A stretch of DNA of 64,000 bases from assembly GCA_963752345.1 (NCBI GenBank), contig CAVVYA010000020.1, forward strand, positions 207,229 through 271,228. The letters run 5' to 3'. Within the stretch, counting starts at the first letter, position 1; the number at the start of each line of letters is the position of its first letter. Shown one piece after another: positions 20,784 to 32,522 of the stretch. Under the pieces are notes generated by a model. The model ran no database searches. It was not told the origin of the DNA and worked only from the letters and a program-made list of their open reading frames with translations. The DNA comes from an uncultured Alphaproteobacteria bacterium (GTDB taxonomy: Bacteria; Pseudomonadota; Alphaproteobacteria; SMXQ01). A program made the position numbers and the translations under genes.

Positions 20784-21764
20784 ATGCATCTCTTTCGTCA
20801 CTACGAAGGACTGCCGGCCGAGGCGACGGGCGGCGCCGTCGCGATCGGCAATTTCGATGGCGTCCACCTCGGTCACCGCGCGGTCATCGAGAAGACCGCC
20901 GCGCTGGCGCGCGCCCAGGCCATGCCGCTCGGCGTATTGACCTTCGAGCCGCATCCGCGCCAGGTGTTCCAACCGTTCATTCCGCCGTTCCGGCTGAGTT
21001 CGCTGCGCACCAAAGCGCATCTGCTCGAAGAGCTTGGCGTGGACAGCCTCTATGCCCAGCACTTCGACCTGGATTTCGCCAAGCGCAGCGCCGAAGACTT
21101 CGTCCGCGACGTGCTGGTCAACGGGCTCAAGGTGCGCCATGTGGTGGTCGGCGAGGATTTCGTGTTCGGCTACCGCCGGCTCGGCAACGTCAACCTGCTG
21201 CGCGAGCTCGGCCGGCAAGGCGGCTTCGCGGTCACCTGCCTGCCGCCGGTGCACGACCGCGACGGCGCGGTCATCGCCTCGCGCCGCATTCGCGAATTGC
21301 TGACCGAGGGCAAGCCGCGCGAGGCCGCGCGCCTGCTCGGCCGGTTCTGGGAAATCGAGGGCCGGGTCGAGAAGGGCGATCAGCTCGGCCGGACCCTGGG
21401 CTTTCCCACCGCCAATGTGGCGCTCGGCGAATACCAGCGGCCCAAGCCGGGCATCTATGCGGTGCGCGCCGGGGTCGACAAGGGCGCCGCCACGGTGTGG
21501 CACGATGGCGTCGCCTCGCTCGGTTGGCGCCCGACCTTCAATGGCCAGGACCTGCGCTTCGAGGTGCATCTGTTCGACTTCACCGGCGATCTATACGGCC
21601 GCCATTTGCGCGTCACCATGATCGACTATCTGCGCGAGGAGCTGAAATTCGACGGCGCCGAGGCGCTGATTGCCCAGATGCACAAGGATGCCGCCGAGGC
21701 GCGGGCGGTGCTTGCCGAGGTTGACGCGCGCGCCCCGATGGAGAACAGTGCGGCCCGCGACTGA
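20784..21764 (+). CDS. ribF: Bifunctional riboflavin kinase/FAD synthetase
   Basis: IGNFDGVHLGH, TFEPHP, GRTLGFPTAN, EVHLFDF. Confidence 0.97.
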   Translation: MHLFRHYEGLPAEATGGAVAIGNFDGVHLGHRAVIEKTAALARAQAMPLGVLTFEPHPRQVFQPFIPPFRLSSLRTKAHLLEELGVDSLYAQHFDLDFAKRSAEDFVRDVLVNGLKVRHVVVGEDFVFGYRRLGNVNLLRELGRQGGFAVTCLPPVHDRDGAVIASRRIRELLTEGKPREAARLLGRFWEIEGRVEKGDQLGRTLGFPTANVALGEYQRPKPGIYAVRAGVDKGAATVWHDGVASLGWRPTFNGQDLRFEVHLFDFTGDLYGRHLRVTMIDYLREELKFDGAEALIAQMHKDAAEARAVLAEVDARAPMENSAARD

Positions 21765-21817
21765 TTCGGCGCGTTGACGCGTATCATTTCCGTAAAGACC
21801 CGTGAAGAAATCGAGCC

Positions 21818-24649
21818 ATGGCCGTTGACTACAAATCCACCGTGTTCCTGCCGCGCACCGGCTTTCCCATGAAAGCCGGGCTGGCGCAGCGCGAGCCCGA
21901 ATTGCTCGCCCGCTGGCAGCGGCTCGGGCTCTACGAAAAGTTGCGCCAGGCCGGCGCCGGCAAGCCGAAATTCGTGCTGCACGACGGCCCGCCCTATGCC
22001 AACGGCAACATCCACATCGGCCATGCGCTCAACAAGATCCTCAAGGACGTGATCAACCGCTCGCGCCAGATGCTCGGCAACGACGCGCCCTACGTGCCGG
22101 GCTGGGACTGCCACGGCCTGCCCATCGAATGGAAGATCGAGGAAAAATACCGCGAGAAGGGCAAGGACAAGGACGCGGTGCCGATCATCGACTTCCGCGC
22201 CGAATGCCGCGCCTTCGCCGCCCACTGGGTCCAGGTGCAGGCCGAGGAATTCAAGCGCCTCGGCGTCGAGGGCGACTGGGCGAACCCTTACACCACCATG
22301 GCGAACGATGCCGAGGCCACGATCGTGCGCGAGCTCGGCAAATTCCTGCTCAACGGCGGGCTCTACAAGGGCGTCAAGCCGGTGATGTGGTCGGTGGTCG
22401 AGAAGACCGCGCTGGCCGAAGCCGAGGTCGAATATCACGACCACACCTCGACCACCGTGTGGGTGCGCTTCCCGGTGATCAAGGCATCCGTGCCGGACTT
22501 GCGGAATGCCGCGGTGGTGATCTGGACCACGACACCCTGGACCCTGCCGGGCAACCGCGCCGTCGCCTATGGCGACAAGTTCGATTACCTGGTGGTCGAA
22601 GTGACGGAGGCCGCCGAGGGCAGTTTGGCGCGCGCGGGCGAGCGCGTGCTCGTGGTGCGCGAGCTGCTCGAGAGCCTGCTGCAATCGGCCAAGATCACCG
22701 GCCACAAGATCGTCGCCACTCTCGCGGGCGAGCAGTTGTCCGGCACCGTGCTGGCGCATCCCTTGCGGGGCCAGGATGCCGCCGGCGGCTACGATTTCGA
22801 CGTGCCGCTGCTCGCCGGCGACCATGTCACCACGGAAGCCGGCACGGGCTTCGTGCATATCGCGCCCGGCCATGGCGCCGACGACTTCGTGCTCGGCCAG
22901 AAACACGGCCTGCCGGTGCCCGAAACCGTCGACGACGACGGCACCTATTACAAGCATGTGCCGCTGTTCGCCGGGCTGCATGTGTTCAAGGCCGACAAGC
23001 CGGTGCTCGAGGCGCTGAGCAAGGCGGGCGCGCTGCTCGCCCACGGCAAGCTGGTGCACTCCTATCCCCATTCCTGGCGCTCGCGCGCGCCGCTGATCTT
23101 CCGCACCACGCCGCAATGGTTCATCTCCATGGAGGAGAACGGGCTGCGCGAGAAGGCGCTCAAGGCGATCGACGAGACGCGCTGGGTGCCGCTGTCGGGC
23201 ATGAACCGCATCAAATCCATGGTCGAGTCGCGGCCCGACTGGTGCGTGTCGCGCCAGCGCGCCTGGGGCGTGCCGATCACCGTGTTCGTCTCCAAGCAGA
23301 GCGGCGAGCCGCTGCGCGATCCCAAGGTGATGGCGCGCATCGTCGCCGCCGTCGAGAAGGGCGGCACCGACGTATGGTTCACGGCGGATGCCAAGGAATT
23401 CCTCGCGCCCGACTACGACGCGGCCAACTACCACAAGGTCACCGACATTCTCGACGTGTGGTTCGATTCCGGCTGCACCCACGCCTTCGTGCTGGAGAAG
23501 CGCGCCGAGCTGAAATGGCCGGCGTCGCTCTATCTCGAAGGCTCCGACCAGCATCGCGGCTGGTTCCAGTCCTCCCTGCTCGAATCCTGCGGCACGCGCG
23601 GCCGCGCGCCTTATGACGCCGTGCTGACCCACGGCTTCATCAACGACGAGCAGGGCCGCAAGATGTCGAAGTCGCTCGGCAACACGGTGGCGCCGCAGCA
23701 GGTCATCCAGCAGTTCGGCGCCGACATCCTGCGCCTGTGGGTCGCCTCGTCGGATTATTCCGACGACCTGCGGATCGGGCCGGAGATCCTCAAATACCAG
23801 GCCGACACCTACCGCCGCCTGCGCAACACGCTGCGCTATCTGCTCGGCGCGCTCGACGGCTTCACCGAGGACGAACGCCTGCCGGTCGCCGAGATGCCCG
23901 AGCTCGAACGCTACGTGCTGCACCAGGTGGCCGCGATGGACGAGCAGTTGCGCGCCGCCTGCGAAGGCTTCCAGTTCCACGGCTTCTTCTCGGCCCTGCA
24001 CAATTTCTGCGCGGTCGACCTGTCGGCGTTCTATTTCGACGTGCGCAAGGACGCGCTCTATTGCGACGTGAAGGACTCGCTGCGCCGGCGCGCCGCGCGC
24101 ACCGTGATGGATAAGATTTTCACCTGCCTGACCGCGTGGCTCGCGCCGGTGCTGGTGTTCACCGCCGAGGAAGCCTGGCTCGCGCGCTATCCGAGCGAGA
24201 CCGACAGCGTCCACCTGCGCAGCTTCCCGGAGATTCCGGCGGCGTGGCGCGACGACGCGCTGGCGCAGAAATGGGACACCATCCGCAAGCTGCGCCGCGT
24301 GGTCACCGGCGCGCTCGAGATCGAGCGGGCCAACGGTGTGATCGGATCCGGCCTGCAGGCGGCGCCCACGGTCTATGCCACGCGCGATTACCTCGATGCC
24401 TTGTCGGGTCTGAGCCTGGCGGAGATCGCCATCACCTCGGGCGCCACGCTGATCGAAGGCGAGGGGCCCGCCGAGGCCTTCCGTCTGACCGATGTGCCGG
24501 GTGTCGCCGTGGTGCCGGCCGTCGCGGGCGGCGCCAAATGCCAGCGCTGCTGGCAGGTGCTGCCCGAAGTCGGCAGCAACCCGCGGCACGACGACATCTG
24601 CAACCGCTGCGCCGACGCGGTCGGTCCCTCCCTGGCTTCGGTCGGCTGA
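21818..24649 (+). CDS. ileS: Isoleucine--tRNA ligase
   Basis: [41 protein letters not shown]-terminal CxRC..CxRC Zn finger. Confidence 0.99.
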   Translation: MAVDYKSTVFLPRTGFPMKAGLAQREPELLARWQRLGLYEKLRQAGAGKPKFVLHDGPPYANGNIHIGHALNKILKDVINRSRQMLGNDAPYVPGWDCHGLPIEWKIEEKYREKGKDKDAVPIIDFRAECRAFAAHWVQVQAEEFKRLGVEGDWANPYTTMANDAEATIVRELGKFLLNGGLYKGVKPVMWSVVEKTALAEAEVEYHDHTSTTVWVRFPVIKASVPDLRNAAVVIWTTTPWTLPGNRAVAYGDKFDYLVVEVTEAAEGSLARAGERVLVVRELLESLLQSAKITGHKIVATLAGEQLSGTVLAHPLRGQDAAGGYDFDVPLLAGDHVTTEAGTGFVHIAPGHGADDFVLGQKHGLPVPETVDDDGTYYKHVPLFAGLHVFKADKPVLEALSKAGALLAHGKLVHSYPHSWRSRAPLIFRTTPQWFISMEENGLREKALKAIDETRWVPLSGMNRIKSMVESRPDWCVSRQRAWGVPITVFVSKQSGEPLRDPKVMARIVAAVEKGGTDVWFTADAKEFLAPDYDAANYHKVTDILDVWFDSGCTHAFVLEKRAELKWPASLYLEGSDQHRGWFQSSLLESCGTRGRAPYDAVLTHGFINDEQGRKMSKSLGNTVAPQQVIQQFGADILRLWVASSDYSDDLRIGPEILKYQADTYRRLRNTLRYLLGALDGFTEDERLPVAEMPELERYVLHQVAAMDEQLRAACEGFQFHGFFSALHNFCAVDLSAFYFDVRKDALYCDVKDSLRRRAARTVMDKIFTCLTAWLAPVLVFTAEEAWLARYPSETDSVHLRSFPEIPAAWRDDALAQKWDTIRKLRRVVTGALEIERANGVIGSGLQAAPTVYATRDYLDALSGLSLAEIAITSGATLIEGEGPAEAFRLTDVPGVAVVPAVAGGAKCQRCWQVLPEVGSNPRHDDICNRCADAVGPSLASVG

Positions 24650-25168
24650 TGGGCATGTCCGACAACGCCGTCCGGGCGGCGATCCTCGACCGGCGGCGGG
24701 CGCTGACCATCGGCTTCGCCGTCGCCGCGCTCGATTCTCGTGCTCGACCAGGTGACCAAATGGTGGATCGTCGGCCAGGTCATGGACCCGCCGCGCGTCA
24801 TCGAGGTGACGCCATTCTTCAATCTGGTCATGGTGTGGAACCGGGGCATCACGTTCGGGTTGTTCGGCGACGCCGAATGGGGCCGCTGGGCCTTCGCGGC
24901 GCTCGCCCTGGCCATCGTCGTGGTGCTGATCACCTGGCTGGCACGGGCCGACCGGCGCTGGGTGGCGGCGGCCCTGGGCCTCATCATCGGCGGCGCCATC
25001 GGCAATGTCATCGACCGTATCCGCTGGGGCGCGGTGGCGGATTTCCTCGATTTTCACGTGGCCGGCTGGCATTGGCCGGCGTTCAATGTGGCCGATTCCG
25101 CGATCGTCGTGGGGGTCGGGCTACTTCTCCTTGACGCTTTGTTCGGCCGCAAGGAATCGTTACATTAG
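24649..25168 (+). CDS. lspA: Lipoprotein signal peptidase II (frameshift near 24730)
   Basis: DQVTK, WNRGITFG, GAIGNVIDR, VADF, FNVADS; follows ileS. Confidence 0.95.
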
Positions 25169-25202
25169 GCGTCCATCGAGGCGTAGCGTTTGCGAGGTTG
25201 CC

Positions 25203-25778
25203 ATGCGCACAAAACTTCTCACCGTCGTTATCGCCGGCCTGGCTCTCTCGGCCACCGGTTGCTCGAGCCTGCGCGGCTGGATGGGCGCCGACAAGGTCCC
25301 GCCCGATGAGTTCCGCGTCGTCACCCGGGCGCCCTTGAGCATGCCGCCGGATTACGGCCTGGTGGCGCCGCAGCCCGGCGCGCCGCGGCCCCAGGAAACC
25401 GACGTGCGCCAATCGGCGCGCCAGATCGTGGTCGACCGCGAAGGCGGCCGCGGGGTGCAAAAGCAGGAGAGTGCGGCGCTGCAGGGACGCGATCCCGGCG
25501 AAGCGGCGATCCTGCGCCGCGCCGGCGTCGCCGACACCGACCCGAACATCCGTAGCACCATCAATCGCGAGAGCGCCAAGATCGCCGAAGCGGACAACAC
25601 CTTCGTCAATAGCCTGATGTTCTGGCGCGACAAGGAAGAGCCCGGCGTCATCGTCGACGCCGATAAGGAAGCCCGCCGCCTGCGCGAGAATGCGGCGCTC
25701 GGGCGCGCCGCGACCACCGGTGAGACGCCGACCATCTCACGCAAAGGTGAAGGCCGCGGTCTGTTCGGAAGTCTCTGA
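25203..25778 (+). CDS. DUF3035 family lipoprotein
   Basis: Lipobox ATGC; PDEFRVVTRAPLSMPPDY motif; conserved position after lspA. Confidence 0.88.
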   Translation: MRTKLLTVVIAGLALSATGCSSLRGWMGADKVPPDEFRVVTRAPLSMPPDYGLVAPQPGAPRPQETDVRQSARQIVVDREGGRGVQKQESAALQGRDPGEAAILRRAGVADTDPNIRSTINRESAKIAEADNTFVNSLMFWRDKEEPGVIVDADKEARRLRENAALGRAATTGETPTISRKGEGRGLFGSL

Positions 25779-25829
25779 CGAATCCCGGGGCAATCGGGCA
25801 TCGGGCTGGGGCTGACCGGTCGGGCTGCG

Positions 25830-25857
25830 CTTGCGGATCGTTGCGCTCGTCCCATAT
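25830..25857 (+). promoter_or_regulatory. Possible RpoH (sigma-32) promoter of the M16 protease pair
   Basis: CTTG-N17-CCCATAT about 95 bp upstream of ATG 25953. Confidence 0.45.
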
Positions 25858-25952
25858 AGCTGCTTGAACAGACTCCGGCCCGACCCTCCAGAGACGGTTC
25901 GTCGTCGCGCGACTGTAAAGCCCTTCCGAGCGGAGGGAATGGAGGTTCGAGA

Positions 25953-27347
25953 ATGCCGCCTGCTTCCTATCGCTCCCCGGCCGCCGCGGTTTCTCTCGCC
26001 GCCCTGCGGCGCACCGCCGCCGTGATCTTGCTGGCATTCAGCCTGTGGCTGCCGAAGCCGGCCGAGGCGGGCGTTTTCAATCCCGAAAGCTTCACCCTCG
26101 CCAACGGCCTGCAAGTCGTGGTGCTGACCAATAACCGTCTGCCGGTCGTCACCCAGATGGTCTGGTACAAGGTGGGCGCGGCGGACGATCCGCTCGGCAA
26201 ATCAGGTCTCGCCCATTTCCTCGAGCATTTGATGTTCCGCGGCAGCGGCAAGACCGCGCCCGGCGAATTCTCGCGCATCATTTCGCGCAACGGCGGCATC
26301 GACAACGCCTTCACCAGTTCCGATACCACCGCCTATTACCAGACCGTGGCCGCCGACCGGCTCGAACTCGTCATGGAGCTCGAGGCCGACCGCATGGCCA
26401 ATCTGACGCTCGGCGAGGAGGAAGTTCTGCCCGAGCGCCAGGTGATCATCGAGGAGCGCCGCTCGCGGACCGAAAACAATCCGGCGGCGCTGCTGCGCGA
26501 GCAGATGAATGCCACGCTGTTCCTGCATCATCCCTATCGCATCCCGATCATCGGCTGGCGTCACGAGATGGAGGGCCTCGGCCACGACGACGTGGTGGCC
26601 TTCTACAAGCGGTGGTATGCGCCGAACAACGCCATCCTGATCGTGTCGGGCGACGTCACCGTCGAGAAGGTGCGCGCGCTGGCGGAAAAATATTACGGGC
26701 CGATCAAGCCGCGCGAGGTCGCGCCGCGGTCGAGAGTGAAGGAGCCGCCCCATATCGCCGCCCGGCGGGTGACGCTCGAAAGCGACCGGGTGCCCGATCC
26801 GCGGGTGACGCGCACCTACCTCGCGCCGAGCTACACCACGGGCGCCACCGAGCATGCCTACGCGCTGCAGGTGCTCGACAATGTGCTGAGCGGCGGCGCG
26901 ACCAGCCGGCTTTACGGCAAGCTCGTGGTCAAGGACGAAGCGGCGGTCTCGATCTTCGCGTCCTACGACGTCAGCAATTACGACTGGGGGACCTTCTCGG
27001 TCGGCGGCCAGCCGCGCGGCGACGTCTCGATCTCGAAGCTCGAAGCCGACATCGACGGCGAGATCGCGCGGCTGCTCAAGGATGGCGTGACCCAGGCCGA
27101 AGTCGATCATGCCAAGAAGCAGCTCATCGCCAGCTCGGTCTATGCCCGCGATTCACTGCGCCAGGGCGCGCAGGTGATCGGTACCGCCCTGACCACCGGA
27201 CAGACCATCGCCGACTCGGAGGCTTGGCCGGAGCGCATCCAGGCGGTCACCGTCGAGCAGGTCAATGCGGCGGCGCGTCATGTCTTCGACATCAACAAGT
27301 CGGTCACCGGCATTCTGCTGCCCGCCAACGTCGAAAAGCGGAGTTGA
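25953..27347 (+). CDS. M16 (pitrilysin family) zinc protease, catalytic subunit
   Basis: Signal peptide, TLANGL, inverted zinc motif HFLEH, NAFTS, ERQVIIEERR. Confidence 0.95.
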   Translation: MPPASYRSPAAAVSLAALRRTAAVILLAFSLWLPKPAEAGVFNPESFTLANGLQVVVLTNNRLPVVTQMVWYKVGAADDPLGKSGLAHFLEHLMFRGSGKTAPGEFSRIISRNGGIDNAFTSSDTTAYYQTVAADRLELVMELEADRMANLTLGEEEVLPERQVIIEERRSRTENNPAALLREQMNATLFLHHPYRIPIIGWRHEMEGLGHDDVVAFYKRWYAPNNAILIVSGDVTVEKVRALAEKYYGPIKPREVAPRSRVKEPPHIAARRVTLESDRVPDPRVTRTYLAPSYTTGATEHAYALQVLDNVLSGGATSRLYGKLVVKDEAAVSIFASYDVSNYDWGTFSVGGQPRGDVSISKLEADIDGEIARLLKDGVTQAEVDHAKKQLIASSVYARDSLRQGAQVIGTALTTGQTIADSEAWPERIQAVTVEQVNAAARHVFDINKSVTGILLPANVEKRS

Positions 27348-27351
27348 GATC

Positions 27352-28836
27352 ATGGCACGCCTCCATACCGTGCTCCGCGCCATGCACCTTAGCGCTGTGC
27401 ACCGTCGCTCCGCACGATGTTCCGTACCGTGCGTGGTCCGCACGCCTTCGCACGACGTTCGTACCGTGCTTTGCACGAGGCGCGGTTCGGCGCGCGCCGG
27501 CCTGGCCACGGCGGCGGTCCTCGTCGCGCTGCTGCTGATCCCGGCGACCGCCCAGGCGATCGACATTCAGCGCGTCATCAGCCCGCGCGGCATCGAGGCC
27601 TGGCTGGTGGAAGATCACCGGGTGCCGGTGATCTCGCTGCAGATGGCGTTCCGCGGCGGTTCCGCGCTCGATCCGGCCGGCAAGGAAGGGTTGAGCCAGA
27701 TGGTCGCCGGACTGCTCGACGAAGGCGCCGGCAGCCTCGATTCCCAGGAATTCCAGCGCAAGCTCGAGGAGTATTCGATTCGCCTCGGCTTCAGCGCCAG
27801 CACCGACAGCTTCGGCGGCAGCCTGACCACGCTGAGCGACAACCGCGCCATCGCCTTCGACATGCTGCGGCTCGCCATCACCCTGCCGCGCTTCGACCAG
27901 GGACCGCGCGACCGGGTGGAAAGCCAGATGCTCGCGAACATCCAGGCGGCAGCGGAAAATCCGCGCCGGATCGCCAACGACACCTGGTTCCGCGCCGCGT
28001 TCCCCGATCATCCCTACGGCAGGCCGGCGCACGGCACGCGCGCCAGCATCAAGCGCATTTCGAAGGACGATCTGGAGACATTCCCGTCACAGCGCTTCGG
28101 GCGCGACCGCCTGTTCGTCGCCGTCGTCGGCGCTGTGACGGCGGAGGAACTCAAGCCATTGATCGATGTCGCCTTCGCCGACCTGCGCGGCAAGGCCAGC
28201 CAGCCGCTCGACGTGCCGTTCACCGAGCCCAAGGTCAAAGGCGACGTCTATGTGATCGACAAGAAGATTCCGCAGAGCGTCGTGACGTTCGGCCATGGCG
28301 GCATCATGCGCAAGGATCCCGACTACTACACCGCCTATGTGCTCAACAGCATCCTCGGCGGCGGCGGGCTGACCTCGAAGCTGATGGAAGAGGTGCGCGA
28401 GAAGCGCGGCCTGGTCTACTCGATCTACAGCTCCCTGGTGCCGTACGACCGCGCGGCGGTCATGCTCGGCGGCGCCGCCACGCGCAACGAGAAGGTCGGC
28501 GAAACGGTCGAGATCGTGCGCCGGGAATGGGCGCGCTACCGCGAGGAGGGCGTCAGCGAGAAAGATCTGGCCGACGCCAAGACCTTCCTGACCGGCTCGT
28601 TCCTCACCCAGGTCAGTTCGTCCGGCCGCATGGCCAGCCTGCTGCTCGGCATTCAGCTCGAGGAGCTCGGCATCGATTACATCGACAAGCGCAACAGCTA
28701 CATCGAAGCCGTGACCCAGGCGGATATCAGACGGGTCGCCAAGCGCCTGCTGGAACCCGAAAAGCTGACCTTCGTTATTGTCGGGGCGCCGGAAGGCGTG
28801 AAGCCCACCGCCAAGGCACCCGAGGGCGGCAGCTAG
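27352..28836 (+). CDS. M16 family protease, non-catalytic partner subunit
   Basis: M16 fold motifs (LLDEGAG, HPYG, EVREKRGLVY) without HxxEH; the real start may be further downstream. Confidence 0.92.
   Translation: MARLHTVLRAMHLSAVHRRSARCSVPCVVRTPSHDVRTVLCTRRGSARAGLATAAVLVALLLIPATAQAIDIQRVISPRGIEAWLVEDHRVPVISLQMAFRGGSALDPAGKEGLSQMVAGLLDEGAGSLDSQEFQRKLEEYSIRLGFSASTDSFGGSLTTLSDNRAIAFDMLRLAITLPRFDQGPRDRVESQMLANIQAAAENPRRIANDTWFRAAFPDHPYGRPAHGTRASIKRISKDDLETFPSQRFGRDRLFVAVVGAVTAEELKPLIDVAFADLRGKASQPLDVPFTEPKVKGDVYVIDKKIPQSVVTFGHGGIMRKDPDYYTAYVLNSILGGGGLTSKLMEEVREKRGLVYSIYSSLVPYDRAAVMLGGAATRNEKVGETVEIVRREWARYREEGVSEKDLADAKTFLTGSFLTQVSSSGRMASLLLGIQLEELGIDYIDKRNSYIEAVTQADIRRVAKRLLEPEKLTFVIVGAPEGVKPTAKAPEGGS
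27355..27469. repeat. Three GCACG-N9-11-CGTGC palindromic units at the 5' end of the second M16 gene
   Basis: Copies at 27355-27373, 27412-27432 and 27450-27469, each ending TACCGTGC. Confidence 0.6.
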
Positions 28837-28975
28837 ACGACGCCCGCCCGATTTCCTTCGCCGGGCAGGTTCACGGCTCCTACCGCACGATCGTCACCCC
28901 GCGGCAGATGAGCGCAACGCTCAAATCCCGCCGCGGGCTGGTCCCTTCCTTTCCTCTCTGCTAGTCTCGGAACCC

Positions 28976-30328
28976 ATGATCTTCTCCCACGACATCGACA
29001 ACTGCTTTGCCGACAAGATCGGCGAGGGCGGCCTCGACCGCCGCGCATTCGACACGACCCTCGCGGCGACGAGCCGCGCGCTCGACCGTCTGCGCGACCA
29101 GGCCAAGAGCGGCGCATTGCCGCTGCTTTCGGTGCCCGGCAAGGCCGACGATCTCGCCGGCCTGGAGCCCATCGTCCGTCGCTTCCGCGAGCGCTTCGAC
29201 GACGTGGTGGTGCTCGGCACCGGCGGCTCCTCGCTCGGCGGCCAGACGCTGGCGGCGCTCACCCATTGGCCGCCCTCGGCGCCGCGCCGCAAGGGCGCCG
29301 CGCCACGCACCCATTTCATGGACAACATCGACCCGGTGAGCTTCGAGACGCTGTTCGCCGCCGTCGACTTCGCGCGCACCGGATTCATCGTCATCTCCAA
29401 ATCCGGCTCGACCGCCGAAACCGCCACCCAGTTCTTCCATTGCGTGGCCGAGATCATCAAGCGCGTGGGCGACAAGGCGGTCGCCGAGCAGGTGGTGGCG
29501 ATCACCGAGCCGGCGGTCGGCGGCAAGGAAAATCCGCTGCGCCGCGCCGCGAAACGCTGGAACATCCCGGTGCTCGATCATGACCCCGGCATCGGCGGGC
29601 GCTATTCGGTGCTGACCAACGTCGGATTGCTGCCGGCGATGATCGCCGGTGTCGACGGCCGCAAGGTGCGCGCCGGCGCCAAGGCCTCGCTCGACCAGGC
29701 GCTCCATGCCAAAACCCCGGCGGAGTCCGATGCCGCTGTCGGCGCCGCGCTCAGTGTCGCGCTGCTGCGCCAGAAGGGCATCCAGCAGACCGTGCTGATG
29801 CCCTATGTCGACCGGCTGTTTCCCTTCGCCTTCTGGTATCGCCAGCTATGGGCGGAAAGCCTGGGCAAGAACGGCAACGGCACGACGCCGATCAATGCGC
29901 TCGGCACGGTCGATCAGCACAGCCAGTTGCAGCTCTATCTCGGCGGCCCGAACGACAAGTTCTTCACGCTGATCTTCGGTCCGGCCGCGGGGCTCGGGCC
30001 GGTGATCGATCCCAAGCTCGCGACCGAGCCGGAATTCTCCTATCTCGTCGGCCGCACCATGGGCGACCTGCTCGACGCCGAGCAGCGCGCCACCGCGGCC
30101 ACCCTCGTGCGCAACGGCCGGCCCGTGCGCATCCTGCACCTGCCCAAGGTGGACGAGACGGCGCTCGGCGCCATGATGATGCACTACATGCTGGAGACGA
30201 TCGTCACCGCCGACCTGCTCGGCGTCGATCCGTTCGACCAGCCGGCGGTCGAGGAAGGCAAGGTGCTGGCGCGCCAGTATCTTGGCGAGATGGCCGCGCA
30301 ATCGGCGAAGGGGACGCGAACCGCGTGA
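28976..30328 (+). CDS. pgi: Glucose-6-phosphate isomerase
   Basis: [47 protein letters not shown]. Confidence 0.96.
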   Translation: MIFSHDIDNCFADKIGEGGLDRRAFDTTLAATSRALDRLRDQAKSGALPLLSVPGKADDLAGLEPIVRRFRERFDDVVVLGTGGSSLGGQTLAALTHWPPSAPRRKGAAPRTHFMDNIDPVSFETLFAAVDFARTGFIVISKSGSTAETATQFFHCVAEIIKRVGDKAVAEQVVAITEPAVGGKENPLRRAAKRWNIPVLDHDPGIGGRYSVLTNVGLLPAMIAGVDGRKVRAGAKASLDQALHAKTPAESDAAVGAALSVALLRQKGIQQTVLMPYVDRLFPFAFWYRQLWAESLGKNGNGTTPINALGTVDQHSQLQLYLGGPNDKFFTLIFGPAAGLGPVIDPKLATEPEFSYLVGRTMGDLLDAEQRATAATLVRNGRPVRILHLPKVDETALGAMMMHYMLETIVTADLLGVDPFDQPAVEEGKVLARQYLGEMAAQSAKGTRTA

Positions 30329-32158
30329 CCATCCGGCTGCTGCCCGAGGGCCTGGTCAACCGCATCGCCGCCGGCGAGGTGGTCGAACGGCCGGCGGCCT
30401 GCATCAAGGAACTGGTCGAGAACGCCATCGACGCGGGCGCCTCGCGCATCGACATCGAGCTGCGCGACGGCGGCTTGAGCTTCATCGCGGTCTCGGACGA
30501 CGGCATCGGCATGGGCGCCGACGAAATCGCCTTGGCGGTCGAACGCCACGCCACCTCGAAGCTGCCCGACGACGATCTCACCCATATCGGCACGCTCGGC
30601 TTCCGCGGCGAGGCATTGCCCTCGATCGGCGCGGTGAGCCGTCTCGCCATCACCTCGCGGGCGCGCGGCTCCGAATCGGCCTGGCGCATCGCGGTCGACG
30701 CCGGACGCAAAAGCGCGCCGCAGCCGGCCGCCCATCCCAAGGGCACCCGCGTCGAGGTGCGCGACCTGTTCTTCGCCACCCCGGCGCGGCTCAAGTTCAT
30801 GAAGGCGCCGCGCACCGAGCTGATGCATGCGCAGGACGCGGTCAACCGCCTCGCCATGGCCCATCCGGAGATCGCCTTCCATCTCACCGCCGACGGCGAG
30901 AGCAAGATCGCGCTCGGCGTCGCGTCTTTGCCGCTCGACGGCGGCGACGCGACGGCCGGCCGGCTGCAGCGGCTCGCCGCCGTCATGGGCCGCGAATTCG
31001 GCGACAATGCCTTGGCCATCGAGGCGGAGCGCGAGGGCCTGACGCTGACCGGCTTCGCCGCCCTGCCGACCTATTCGCGCGGCACCGCGCAATATCAGTA
31101 TCTCTTCGTCAACGGCCGCCCGGTGCGCGACCGGCTGCTGCAGGGCGCCGTGCGCGGCGCCTATCAGGATTTCCTGGCGCGCGACCGCCATCCCGTGGTG
31201 GCGCTGTTCCTCGAGGTGCCGCCCGAGCTGGTCGACGTCAATGTCCATCCGGCGAAGACCGAGGTGCGCTTCCGCGACGCCGGCCTGGTGCGCGGGCTGA
31301 TCGTCGGCGCGCTCAAGCATGCGCTGGCCGCCGCCGGCCATCGCTCCTCGACCACCACGTCGGAAGCAGCGCTCGGCGCGTTCCGGCCGAGCCCCAATCC
31401 CTTGCCCTACGGCGCGCCGCACGCGCACGGCACCGGCGGGCGCGGCTTCGCCGAAGCCATGGCGGCCTGGCAGGCGCCGCTCGCGCCGCACGGCACCGGC
31501 GGCCTCGCCGTCGCCACGCCGCCCCTGGCGCGCCCCGCGGCGCCGGCCGGCGAGGCGCAGTCCGAGGCGGCGATCGACTATCCGCTCGGCGTCGCGCGCG
31601 GCCAGCTGCACGAGACCTATATCGTCGCCCAGACGCGCGACGGCATCGTCATCGTCGACCAGCATGCGGCGCACGAGCGGCTGGTCTATGAGCGCATGAA
31701 GCAGGCGCTCGTCGGCGCGCGGCGTGGCGCGCCAGATGCTGCTGATCCCCGAGGTGGTCGAGCTCGACGAAGCGCAAGCCGATCGCCTGGCGGCGCGCGC
31801 CGAGGAATTGGCGGAACTCGGACTGATCCTCGAGCCGTTCGGCAAGGGCGCGCTGGTGGTGCGCGAGACCCCGGCGCTGCTCGGCGAGATGAACATCCAG
31901 GGCCTGCTGCGCGATCTCGCCGACGAGCTCACCGAGATGGACCAGGCGCTGTCGCTCAAGGAGAAGCTGGAGGACGTCTGCGGCACGCTCGCCTGCCATT
32001 CCAGCGTGCGCGCCGGGCGCGCGCTCAACGCCGCCGAGATGAACGCGCTGTTGCGCGAGATGGAAGCGACGCCCCACTCCGGCCAATGCAACCACGGCCG
32101 CCCGACCTACGTCGAACTCAAGCTCGCCGACATCGAAAAGCTGTTCGGCCGGCGCTGA
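30325..32158 (+). CDS. mutL: DNA mismatch repair endonuclease MutL (frameshift near 31715)
   Basis: [53 protein letters not shown]. Confidence 0.97.
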
Positions 32159-32218
32159 TCTCGCCGCTGAGATCGACCGGCCGCAACCAATCGAGAGTGG
32201 TCCGCTAAATTTTCCAAC

Positions 32219-32510
32219 TCGTCATCGCGCGGCTTGACCGGGCCAGCCCTCTTTGTCCTTGGCCCGATTCCTGACCGCAGCGAAAAACGCTGTCATCCCG
32301 GACTTGATCGGACTGATCCGGATCCATCGAACAGGCGAGCGCGCGGGCGCCAGCTAACGACCCATGGGCCCCGGATCAAGTCCGGGGTGACGCGATCTTT
32401 TTGAAAGAGCATCGTACCGACGCCGGCAAATCCGGGGTGACGGATTTCTTTGAATAGAGCATCGAGCAGGCCCCCATGTGATGGCCCGGTCAAGCCGGGC
32501 CAGGACGAGT
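32219..32510. repeat. Cluster of CGTC-type REP palindromes with an internal ~34-bp direct duplication
   Basis: GTCATCGCGCGGCTTGACC, GTCATCCCGGACTTGATC, CCCGGATCAAGTCCGGGGTGACG, GGCCCGGTCAAGCCGGGCC; TCCGGGGTGACG...AGAGCATCG repeated at 32381 and 32431. Confidence 0.8.
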
Positions 32511-32522
32511 AGACCTGTGCTC

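Noticed and set aside
21626-25072. 1148-aa minus-strand ORF and other long antisense ORFs (e.g. 3185-4960, 9528-11651, 50202-52913)
   Set aside because: Shadow frames of real high-GC genes; Arg/Ala/Gly-rich with no family motifs.
32219-32510. Repeat clusters as a CRISPR array
   Set aside because: Units are inverted or nested palindromes with irregular spacing, no unique equal-length spacers and no cas genes; they fit REP elements.
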